Source: a virus
Taxonomy: Duplodnaviria > Caudoviricetes
Length of the DNA: 24,212 nucleotides
IMG/VR virus record: IMGVR_UViG_3300028114_000101
Location: 1-24,212 of that record
Direction: 5' to 3' (one strand)
Of this stretch, positions 16,952-24,212 are shown in pieces. The notes under the pieces were generated by a model that ran no database searches, was not told the DNA's origin, and worked only from the letters and a program-made list of their open reading frames with translations. How positions within the stretch are numbered: the first letter of the stretch is position 1; the number at the start of each line of letters is the position of its first letter. The position numbers and the translations under genes are program-made.

Positions 16952-17602
16952 ATGAAAATAAATATTTCAAACCAGCTCAAAATAAAAAACTTCGTAAACT
17001 TTGTTAAAAGTAAATTATCCGAAAAAGATGGAAAATTAATACTGAGAAATAAAATAGCAAATGGTGGAACGCAAGATGGTGAATTTTGCGAGAAAACAAA
17101 TACAATAAGGTGCAAAAAAAATAATAATTCATATTACTGGCTGGGAGTTTTAGCGCATGAATATTCTCATTTTATTCAATCGTCAAATAAAACTAAATTT
17201 TGGACGAATTTTCAAAAAAATATTAACAAATTAAAAAATGTAGATGTTATTTTAACTGCTAAAGATTCGGCAAGAAAAGAAAGTTTTAATAAAAAAGATA
17301 GAGAAAAAATAGTTTCATCAATAATTGATATGGAGCTAGAATGTGAAAAAATGGCTCTAGAATTTGTAAAAAATTTCGACCTGCCAATAAATAAAGAAGA
17401 ATATATAATTTTATCAAATGTTATATTCTATAAATATTTATATTGGGCGGAATACCAGATCTGGCCATCTTTCAAAACATCGTCAATAAAAAAATGGGAC
17501 GAAGAGCTGATTAAAAAAATGAAAACTTTCGGAAATCGCCGCAGTTATAAAAATTTTTCAGAAATACCGCTGAGTGTCTTAGTTTGTTTTGAAAATACTT
17601 AG
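16952..17602 (+). CDS. Putative zinc metallopeptidase (HExxH, zincin-like)
   Basis: DGEF...I...WLGVLAHEYSHFIQ, followed by a downstream MELECE helix that could supply a third ligand. Confidence 0.6.
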   Translation: MKINISNQLKIKNFVNFVKSKLSEKDGKLILRNKIANGGTQDGEFCEKTNTIRCKKNNNSYYWLGVLAHEYSHFIQSSNKTKFWTNFQKNINKLKNVDVILTAKDSARKESFNKKDREKIVSSIIDMELECEKMALEFVKNFDLPINKEEYIILSNVIFYKYLYWAEYQIWPSFKTSSIKKWDEELIKKMKTFGNRRSYKNFSEIPLSVLVCFENT

Positions 17603-17604
17603 TA

Positions 17605-18477
17605 TTAATTTTCAAAAATCGGCTCCACTCTGCGTCTGTCCTCAATGGCTTTAATACTCGGCTTTTTAATTAGTCCAGTTTTTTCCATTACAAATCTAAG
17701 CAGTCCAGATCTTACTATGTCATTGTATTCTCTTAATTCAAAACAACTTATTCCAAATTCACGACTTTCTTCGTCGTTAAACATTTCAAACATTTTTCTG
17801 AAACCAGACTTTGAACCAATATCATTCTGATTAATAGAGTCACCTACGAAAAAAATTCTTGTAAACTCACCACATCTAGTCAAGACAAGAAAGAGATCGT
17901 CCCAAGTCATAGAACTAGCCTCATCAACGATAATAGCCTTGCAATTCCAAGAGCGCCCTCTCACAAAACCTACCGGATAGCAATTAATTCTATTATCTTT
18001 CTTCAACTTTTGAATGTCTGACTCCGGTAACATTTCTTCCAACTTATCAAAAAGAATAGCATTGTAAGGAGCCATTTTTTCCTCACTAGTACCTGGAATA
18101 AAACCAATTTTACCGGTAGTAGAAGACTCTACAGGATTTCTAATAAAAATAATCTCATCTATTTTTTTATCATTAAGTAATTTTAAAGACGAGTAAACGC
18201 TAAGATAACTTTTAGATGTTCCATACAGGCCGTCTATAAAAATACATTTAGTACCGCGCTTTGTTGCAACTTCAACTATTTCTTTTTGCTTTTCAGTCAA
18301 ATCATTTCGCGCTTTAATATTTAATGAAAAACTAATTTTAGGTCTTTGGGTCACATGCATTGACTTATCTTGCCTATCTTCCGATACATTCCGTACAGCG
18401 TCAATCTCGGAATTTTTAGTTTTAACTGCCGCCCGGCTAGATGTTTTACGCACCCTTAAGTTTTTATTTTTCGACAT
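17605..18477 (-). CDS. phoH: PhoH-family ATPase
   Basis: LTEKQ, Walker A variant GLYGTSKS, RNPVE, IGFIPGT..EKMAPY, FVRGRSW, IIVDEAS, LTRCGE, GDSINQND and DIVRSGL are all PhoH motifs. Confidence 0.92.
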   Translation of the reverse strand: MSKNKNLRVRKTSSRAAVKTKNSEIDAVRNVSEDRQDKSMHVTQRPKISFSLNIKARNDLTEKQKEIVEVATKRGTKCIFIDGLYGTSKSYLSVYSSLKLLNDKKIDEIIFIRNPVESSTTGKIGFIPGTSEEKMAPYNAILFDKLEEMLPESDIQKLKKDNRINCYPVGFVRGRSWNCKAIIVDEASSMTWDDLFLVLTRCGEFTRIFFVGDSINQNDIGSKSGFRKMFEMFNDEESREFGISCFELREYNDIVRSGLLRFVMEKTGLIKKPSIKAIEDRRRVEPIFEN

Positions 18478-18494
18478 ATATTTTTATAAATATT

Positions 18495-18549
18495 TACACC
18501 CAAATAGGATTAAGTTAATTATTTTTAACATATTCACTTTTTAAGTGTA
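18495..18549. promoter_or_regulatory. Divergent pair of GTGTA motifs
   Basis: Minus-strand GTGTA at 18499-18495 lies 17 nt before the phoH ATG. Plus-strand GTGTA at 18545-18549 lies 9 nt before the ATG at 18559. Confidence 0.55.
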
Positions 18550-18558
18550 AAAATCAAA

Positions 18559-19116
18559 ATGGAATCAAGTAATAAAAGTATAAAACTAGGATTGCCAGCT
18601 CGCGCAATAAATGAGCCCGAAAGCGCCGTTGTTGCAAACGCTGGCGCACCAGCTGAATCTATTGGTGACTTTAATTTTATCAATGGCATTTATTTATCAA
18701 ATGGCAAATTGGGGGGCAAAATTAGTTTCGAAAAAACTGTCGTACTAGGGTCTTACCCTTATAAGACGCTTATTAATTGGAATAAGGATTTTAAATATTG
18801 GATTATCTCATTCCTTGGTGGACCAACATATACTCATCCATTTGAGGAAGAATCCCTAATCTATCCTGATTCGTACGAGATAAAACCAGGAGACGTGATT
18901 TATTCACCAGCATATCAATACATATCTTTTTCCGATGTTGAGACGCCAGATCTGGCTCAGAATTGGATAAAGTCATTTGAATATGGAACAGTCTCAACCC
19001 CACAAGTACTTTTAAAATACAAATATTCAAACTTTAACAATGTGGAAAACCCAAGTCAAGCTGGTATTTTTAATTTAAGGTATGAAAATGGAAGCATCGA
19101 CTGGGCCGCAAATTAA
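18559..19116 (+). CDS. Hypothetical protein (185 aa)
   Basis: ORF with ATG preceded by a GTGTA motif. Aromatic-rich; no family recognised. Confidence 0.6.
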   Translation: MESSNKSIKLGLPARAINEPESAVVANAGAPAESIGDFNFINGIYLSNGKLGGKISFEKTVVLGSYPYKTLINWNKDFKYWIISFLGGPTYTHPFEEESLIYPDSYEIKPGDVIYSPAYQYISFSDVETPDLAQNWIKSFEYGTVSTPQVLLKYKYSNFNNVENPSQAGIFNLRYENGSIDWAAN

Positions 19117-19148
19117 AACAAATAAAACAACAACAATATAATAAAAAT

Positions 19149-20534
19149 ATGGAAAACAATAAATTAAAAAAATTAGGACTATCAAATGTTTGCCCCTCTC
19201 TCTGTTACGAAGGAACAAGCGATTTGGAAACCACAATTGTAGCTCAAAGTAATTATAATTCAAGTAGCAGAATCATGACTTTTAATGTAAAAAATAATTT
19301 TACATATCCTGTTTGGTTACATACGTTGCCGATAGAGCCTACGGAAGGCGGAGAGATACAAAATCCAGGATTATTCAAAGTTAAAAAAAACAATGAAGAA
19401 GTTTTGTATCAGGGAAGAATATCTGCGGCTAGCCGTGTCCATAGTTTAGAATTTTATAGCAAAATAGAGCCAGGCGAAACATATTCATTCGAATTCAATC
19501 CTGGTCTTTCATTTGAAATGCAAGACGCTGGAAGTTATTCAATAGAATATATTGGTGATTTAAATTATTTAAAATATGATCCCATAGCCGCCAAAGTAGC
19601 AAGCGATGAAGAAAATTCAACCATTTTTTTTCCAGAAATTTCTAGTGAGCAAATTGAATCGGGTCAACCTGGTTCAAATCTAGAGTCGCCTATTTCAAAT
19701 TTTACATTAAACAACGATACATCTGGGTCAACAACGATAAATAATGAAGTATTAACGCCCGTCTCCACGCAAGCTACTTTCGTAACAGCTCCACTCGCGT
19801 CAAGTTCATTGGCAATTTCAAGTATTTCTGAAGAATCAATTGAAAGTAAATATGATTCCACAAATGCATTCTTTCTTTCAACTGGTGGAGTCGCATGGAC
19901 CGAGACATCTAAAAGAGAAGTAATCGGAGCCAGAGTATATTCAAAGTATTACGCAGATAGAGGCGCTTCAGCAGCTCATCCTGGAAAATATTTCGAAAGA
20001 TGGTTCGGAGAAGGCGGTCATAGAAATGAATGTACAAATGTTTATATAGATGGAAACTGCGTAGGAATAGGTAATAAAAGATTTAAATGTCGTTTGACTG
20101 GACGCGAAGGATGGAAAAATAATAAAGCGGGCTGCAATGCAGAATGCGGCAAATGGGAAAGAAGATGCAAAACTGTTTCAACACAGCCTGAGAGAGCGAA
20201 TCGCGTCAGAGGAGCTTGTCAAAACAATTCAAGCATAAGTGGCTCTAGATATATCAATTGGATTAGAGAAAGTTGTCCAAGAGGCTATTTAGCTTACGTT
20301 TATTCTGATAGACCAAATCATGTATGGCTTTGCAATTATTGTTATTTTTATAATGGTGCTGGTTATATATCAGGCGAATTAATTGAAACAATATTGCACG
20401 AATTTTTTCATCACGCGGGGGTAACGCAAGACCATGCCTATGGAACACAAGAATGTTTAAGTTTAGCTAGAAATAGTCAGGTAAAGGCATTGAACAATGC
20501 AGACAGTTATACTTATTTTAGCATGCGAGCTTAA
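19149..20534 (+). CDS. M35-family (aspzincin/deuterolysin/lysine-specific) metalloendopeptidase with prodomain
   Basis: ILHEFFHH, GVTQDHAYG and ALNNADSY match the HExxH + GTxDxxYG + NADxY signatures. Also AYVY...VWLC and YFERWFG. The N-terminal LFKV...VLYQGR...IEPGETYS...F...GSYSIEY resembles the M35 prodomain. Confidence 0.85.
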   Translation: MENNKLKKLGLSNVCPSLCYEGTSDLETTIVAQSNYNSSSRIMTFNVKNNFTYPVWLHTLPIEPTEGGEIQNPGLFKVKKNNEEVLYQGRISAASRVHSLEFYSKIEPGETYSFEFNPGLSFEMQDAGSYSIEYIGDLNYLKYDPIAAKVASDEENSTIFFPEISSEQIESGQPGSNLESPISNFTLNNDTSGSTTINNEVLTPVSTQATFVTAPLASSSLAISSISEESIESKYDSTNAFFLSTGGVAWTETSKREVIGARVYSKYYADRGASAAHPGKYFERWFGEGGHRNECTNVYIDGNCVGIGNKRFKCRLTGREGWKNNKAGCNAECGKWERRCKTVSTQPERANRVRGACQNNSSISGSRYINWIRESCPRGYLAYVYSDRPNHVWLCNYCYFYNGAGYISGELIETILHEFFHHAGVTQDHAYGTQECLSLARNSQVKALNNADSYTYFSMRA

Positions 20535-20559
20535 AAATAAATAATTTCAAATTGAAAAG

Positions 20560-22077
20560 ATGACTACAGAACAAATATTAGACTTTATAAATCAAAACCC
20601 TCAATTTGATTTAAAAGGAGCTGGCATTCAAAGAAAGAATGTAAATGGACAGTTTACAGAAGAATTGGCGCTAGCGTTATATGTTAGTGAAAAAAAATCT
20701 GTTGATAAAATTCCTGAAAATGAAATTATTCCCGATAAGATATTTGTTACTGGCTTAGGCTGGGTTAAAACTGACGTAATGGAAGGTGACAATGTAATTG
20801 AAGAATGTGCTGATTGCGATGCCACAACTTTTGCCACAGGCTCTCGCGGGGGATTTATAAGACCGAATAGAAATGTAAATAGACCGGTTCGTGGAGGCGT
20901 TTCAATTTCATCAATCCCAAGTGGAACATCTACACATCGAAATACAAATTATTTAGGAACATTGGGCTTTATTGCTGTAGATGCACTTGACGATTCGCTT
21001 GTAGCCGTAACCAACCATCACGTTGGATCATTCAATTCAGAAATTCCAGTGGTCGGAGGCGGCACTTCTGGCGCTGCTGGAACATCGGCTCATTACAGAA
21101 CCATTGGATCTACTAAATTTCTAAACTCGACAGATGTTTATAATTTTGATCAATATAGAATAGAGCAGTCCCAAAAAAATGATTTTGCCGCCAATATGTA
21201 CTATAGGAACAGTAGCTTTGGCACTGCTGCTACTTATTATCCAGATGGAAGATATGAAAAAGCTCTAACCGTCGGGTACCTTAAAAGATACATGCCAATT
21301 AGCACTAGCAATAATTTTTTAGATTGCTGCGTAATTGGTTTGAATCAGGAAACTGTTACGGGCATTGTTTCAGTGCCAAATGCAGCTAATACTCAGTCCC
21401 TTTTAGTAGATCTAGGTAAAAACGTCATCGGCACAAACTCTTGGCAAGTTCTTAATCATGATTTGATGAACAACCAAATATATTATCCGTTCGCAACAAC
21501 AGACGAAATAAACTCAATGACGGGGATAGCTTTTAGAAGTCAAAATACACCAGCTACTCCAAATATGGTCATAGCAGGAAGGTCAACTGGCTTAAAAGGT
21601 CAGCCCAACAATCCTTTGGCTGTGCCTACAAATGCATCATGCCTATTACAAGTAATAAACAATAATTTTATAGTAAATGCTTTAAATTTGCAAAATACGA
21701 TAAGTAATTTCGTAAATTGTATAACTTATACATGGAAATCTTGTACAAATACAGCCAGCTCAGTAGGTGGAGATTCAGGATCTGCCGTACTTGGAAGATT
21801 CGACGGCATTTGGAAAATTGTTGGGATACACTTTGCCGCCAGTACTTCTAGCAAAGAGGGTAGAGGCATTAGAATAGACAACATAGCGCCGCTTTTAAAA
21901 ATAAAACCATACATGGGTCAACCTGTAAATAATCCAGTTACTGGCGGGGTAAGCAATAGAAGAACTTTAATTGTAAAAAATAAACAATCAGTTCCATTTT
22001 TTACACACACCGATGGTCGCACGTATTACCAGATGGGAACAACAACCGGCACTTCAAATTTGAATAACATCCCTTAA
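20560..22077 (+). CDS. Trypsin-fold (clan PA) serine protease, Nal1-like architecture
   Basis: GTLG...VTNHHV (His), FLDCCVI (Asp), GRSTG, GGDSGSAV (Ser) and IVGIHFA. The N-terminal domain GAGIQRK..G..T...ALALYVSEKK....IP....VKTDVME is characteristic of this group. Confidence 0.85.
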   Translation: MTTEQILDFINQNPQFDLKGAGIQRKNVNGQFTEELALALYVSEKKSVDKIPENEIIPDKIFVTGLGWVKTDVMEGDNVIEECADCDATTFATGSRGGFIRPNRNVNRPVRGGVSISSIPSGTSTHRNTNYLGTLGFIAVDALDDSLVAVTNHHVGSFNSEIPVVGGGTSGAAGTSAHYRTIGSTKFLNSTDVYNFDQYRIEQSQKNDFAANMYYRNSSFGTAATYYPDGRYEKALTVGYLKRYMPISTSNNFLDCCVIGLNQETVTGIVSVPNAANTQSLLVDLGKNVIGTNSWQVLNHDLMNNQIYYPFATTDEINSMTGIAFRSQNTPATPNMVIAGRSTGLKGQPNNPLAVPTNASCLLQVINNNFIVNALNLQNTISNFVNCITYTWKSCTNTASSVGGDSGSAVLGRFDGIWKIVGIHFAASTSSKEGRGIRIDNIAPLLKIKPYMGQPVNNPVTGGVSNRRTLIVKNKQSVPFFTHTDGRTYYQMGTTTGTSNLNNIP

Positions 22078-22110
22078 TTCTTTGAGTTAATTAATTTAAA
22101 TAAATAAGAA

Positions 22111-22278
22111 ATGAATAATTTTATCGTTATAAAAGATTCTGTTAAGATATTGGATAATGTAAAGTTTATGCAAAATGCATATACCCCAACAGAAGAAGAA
22201 ATTCCTTGGCCTGATGAGGGTTACTGGGTAGACGAAATGCCGTGGTCGCTGGCAATGTTAAATAAAAAACAAAATTAA
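22111..22278 (+). CDS. Small hypothetical protein (55 aa), below the ORF-track cut-off
   Basis: ATG 22111 to TAA 22278: MNNFIVIKDSVKILDNVKFMQNAYTPTEEEIPWPDEGYWVDEMPWSLAMLNKKQN. It fills the gap after the serine protease. Confidence 0.55.
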   Translation: MNNFIVIKDSVKILDNVKFMQNAYTPTEEEIPWPDEGYWVDEMPWSLAMLNKKQN

Positions 22279-22306
22279 ATAAAAAGAAAGCTTAAATTGA
22301 TTAAGC
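22276..22306 (-). terminator. Possible weak intrinsic terminator between convergent genes
   Basis: GCTTAA-N5-TTAAGC stem (22290..22306), followed on the minus strand by TTTCTTTTTATTT, just after the TAG of 22310..22645. The stem is short and AT-rich. Confidence 0.3.
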
Positions 22307-22309
22307 AAT

Positions 22310-22645
22310 CTACCATTTATCGATTGGACATTTTTCAGTATCCATTTTCAATTTAGCCATTGTAGAACAACCGCATTTTTTACAACGACCAGTATTTGCT
22401 AAGGCGGCTCCATCCCAAAAGTCGCACCCCTTACATATTTCTAATCTTTCGTTAAATTTTTCAGAACTAGCGGTTTGAAATCCTGACCTAGCCCACTTTA
22501 CTGCGCTCTTAGAGACGCTAGAAAACATTTTTCTTATTCCTGGTGGAGTAAATTCAGAATTATCCTCTTCCTCTTTAGAAATTATTAAAAAGTCAGGGTA
22601 TTCAGTTGCTGGAAAATATTCAGTTTGAGTTTTATTCTCTTTCAT
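22310..22645 (-). CDS. DUF6171-like cysteine-cluster protein
   Basis: C-terminal ERLEICKGC...GRCKKCGC...K......CPIDKW pattern. The ATG at 22645 (MKENK) is preferred over the start at 22660. Confidence 0.7.
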   Translation of the reverse strand: MKENKTQTEYFPATEYPDFLIISKEEEDNSEFTPPGIRKMFSSVSKSAVKWARSGFQTASSEKFNERLEICKGCDFWDGAALANTGRCKKCGCSTMAKLKMDTEKCPIDKW

Positions 22646-24212
22646 AAACTTGCGAAGCATAGTGGACTAAGCATTTGGTTTGCCCATTTGACGGGGCGTT
22701 GATAGATAAACTTTTCGTGACGCTTTGTCCACCCTTCATTACGAAAGTACTAGTATTTTCTGTAAAAAGCCTAGTACGGCAATTATTTAAATCAAAATTT
22801 GATTCCAAAACGGTCTGAAAATGAACATCGAAATCTTTTTCCGGATCATATCCATCCATTAAGATATCAAAATCTACATAAGTTTCAGCACTGTTCATTG
22901 TTCCATCCGTAGCTATTGATAACCAAGCACAAGTGCCGCCATCTTCTGACCAATTTTTAGTATCGTAATTTTTTGGATCGCTAAAAGCTGCCTCATCAAC
23001 AAGGTCAGAATATGTACTGACAACAGTTGTGCCGCCAGAGCCCGTTGAATCGTTACTAGATGTCCAAATACAGGTTCCACTGCCATAGTCTTCAGTAGAT
23101 ACACACTTAAAATTGCTGCTTTGATTTATAGTGTGTACCCTAGTTATAGCAGCTCCATTTACTGAACACGTCCAAGTACCGGTTTGTTTATGAACACTAG
23201 GTCCACCAGGTTGCAGTAGACCATTGCAGTCATATTCTCTGGTTTCTTCTCTGGTAATAGACGGGCAACATGCGCTAACAATACAGTCCTCATTTGAATA
23301 CCAGCTATCCAACCCATAATCATGCCACCCTTCATCACATTGCGGATCTACCTCCGCCCCACCCCCTGGATCTTTACAGGTCCAACTATACGAACCAGAA
23401 TCTGGTGGCTGCGAGTCAAACCAATTTACATCAAAACTATAACTGCCTTTCTTCTCATTGCTGCCCGTCTCTGTAACTTTTCCATCGCATGTCGTTGTTA
23501 CTGTATAAGTACTATTGGCGGAATTATTTTGGTAGTTGTAGCTGCTGGAAGCTTCACCACATTCATATGGATTTCCTTGCGTAATTACTGAATTCGAACT
23601 TGATACAGATGAATATCTTGTCCATGTTGTTGTCACAGATCTGTATTTTTTACAATCGGGACCAGTAAAATACTGAGTACATTTAATTTCCTGATCTTCT
23701 TCTCCTTCATTTTCAGATGGAATATACCTTTTTAAAGTTTTTGTAGAATAGTCAGTAGTTGAATTAACATTTACTTGAGCAGAAGATGCTCCCGTGCAAG
23801 AACCCCCCACTACAACAAACTCTTGAGAAAATACGCCCCCACTATTTGGATTAAGAGTAATTATTTGATCTTTTACTCCCACGAATTCCTCTTCGTCAGA
23901 AGCACTATCCGAATAAATGGTAATTATCTTGTAATTTATGTTTCTTTTTAATTTGATGATGCATTTTGTTAGCTCTACAACACCTCTTGAATCGTTTGAT
24001 ATGGCGATTGTAGATACTCCGCTGCTCCATTTTAAAACCGATTGACCATTAGATCCAACCGCAACCTCGCCAGACGTGTTTGGCCCAGGTAAATCACTAA
24101 TTCCATATTTAGTAAGTAAGTTTCTAGCCCTAGTTATAACATTATGTATTGTATTTGGCTCAGAAAGAGAATAGGTGGTGCTTGGAGCAGCAGTTGACTC
24201 GCCCTCTTTTGG
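22632..24212 (-). CDS. Large Cys/Ser/Thr-rich hypothetical protein, 5'-truncated by the window edge
   Basis: The frame stays open for 110 more codons upstream of the called GTG at 23882, to the window end (PKEGESTAAPSTTYSLSEPN...SDEEEFVGVKD). The true start is probably outside the window. There are 17 Cys in the last 416 aa. Confidence 0.75.
   Translation of the reverse strand, partial: PKEGESTAAPSTTYSLSEPNTIHNVITRARNLLTKYGISDLPGPNTSGEVAVGSNGQSVLKWSSGVSTIAISNDSRGVVELTKCIIKLKRNINYKIITIYSDSASDEEEFVGVKDQIITLNPNSGGVFSQEFVVVGGSCTGASSAQVNVNSTTDYSTKTLKRYIPSENEGEEDQEIKCTQYFTGPDCKKYRSVTTTWTRYSSVSSSNSVITQGNPYECGEASSSYNYQNNSANSTYTVTTTCDGKVTETGSNEKKGSYSFDVNWFDSQPPDSGSYSWTCKDPGGGAEVDPQCDEGWHDYGLDSWYSNEDCIVSACCPSITREETREYDCNGLLQPGGPSVHKQTGTWTCSVNGAAITRVHTINQSSNFKCVSTEDYGSGTCIWTSSNDSTGSGGTTVVSTYSDLVDEAAFSDPKNYDTKNWSEDGGTCAWLSIATDGTMNSAETYVDFDILMDGYDPEKDFDVHFQTVLESNFDLNNCRTRLFTENTSTFVMKGGQSVTKSLSINAPSNGQTKCLVHYASQVYERE

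Noticed and set aside
20560-22077. Serine protease as the prohead maturation protease
   Set aside because: Trypsin-fold motifs rather than HK97/T4-type or S49 prohead protease motifs, and it lies on the opposite strand, away from the portal. Not supportable from sequence alone.
16606-23591. Short nested or antisense ORFs (16606..16818, 17645..17830, 18803..19030, 19075..19263, 19664..19861, 20263..20448, 20628..20837, 21726..21914, 22913..23104, 23294..23476, 23322..23591)
   Set aside because: They overlap longer, better-supported genes and have no independent evidence.
1-24212. Stop-codon reassignment (alternative genetic code), as in some large phages
   Set aside because: Genes are full length and densely packed under the standard code, and TAA, TAG and TGA all terminate genes at sensible boundaries.

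Overview
AT-rich segment of a large tailed dsDNA phage (Caudoviricetes-like), probably infecting a diderm host. Most genes are on the minus strand. In reading order they are: a Cys-rich protein truncated by the right edge, a DUF6171-like Cys-cluster protein, PhoH, a Zn-ribbon protein, a phage sigma-70/ECF-type sigma factor with a Cys4 insert, a possible terminase small subunit, an ERCC4 nuclease, the terminase large subunit and a probable portal. These are followed by a ~7.7 kb array of mosaic fibre/adhesin genes (three paralogous Cys-ladder solenoid proteins, a multi-module fibre, a PATR-repeat protein and small partner ORFs). A lysis cassette closes the strand: membrane protein, u-spanin-like lipoprotein, holin and a pesticin-type endolysin that is truncated at the left edge and missing from the ORF track. 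The plus-strand genes include three unrelated protease candidates: an HExxH protein, an M35 aspzincin and a Nal1-like trypsin-fold protease. The most notable signals are (1) a fibre 'construction kit', with near-identical DNA modules shared between genes and repeat coils whose frameworks are conserved at DNA level while the loops diverge; (2) a GTGTA motif upstream of six gene starts on both strands, a candidate target of the phage sigma factor; and (3) the protease cluster, in which the M35 protease and the ORF upstream of it share an N-terminal tag. All family assignments are by eye from motifs; no database search was run.
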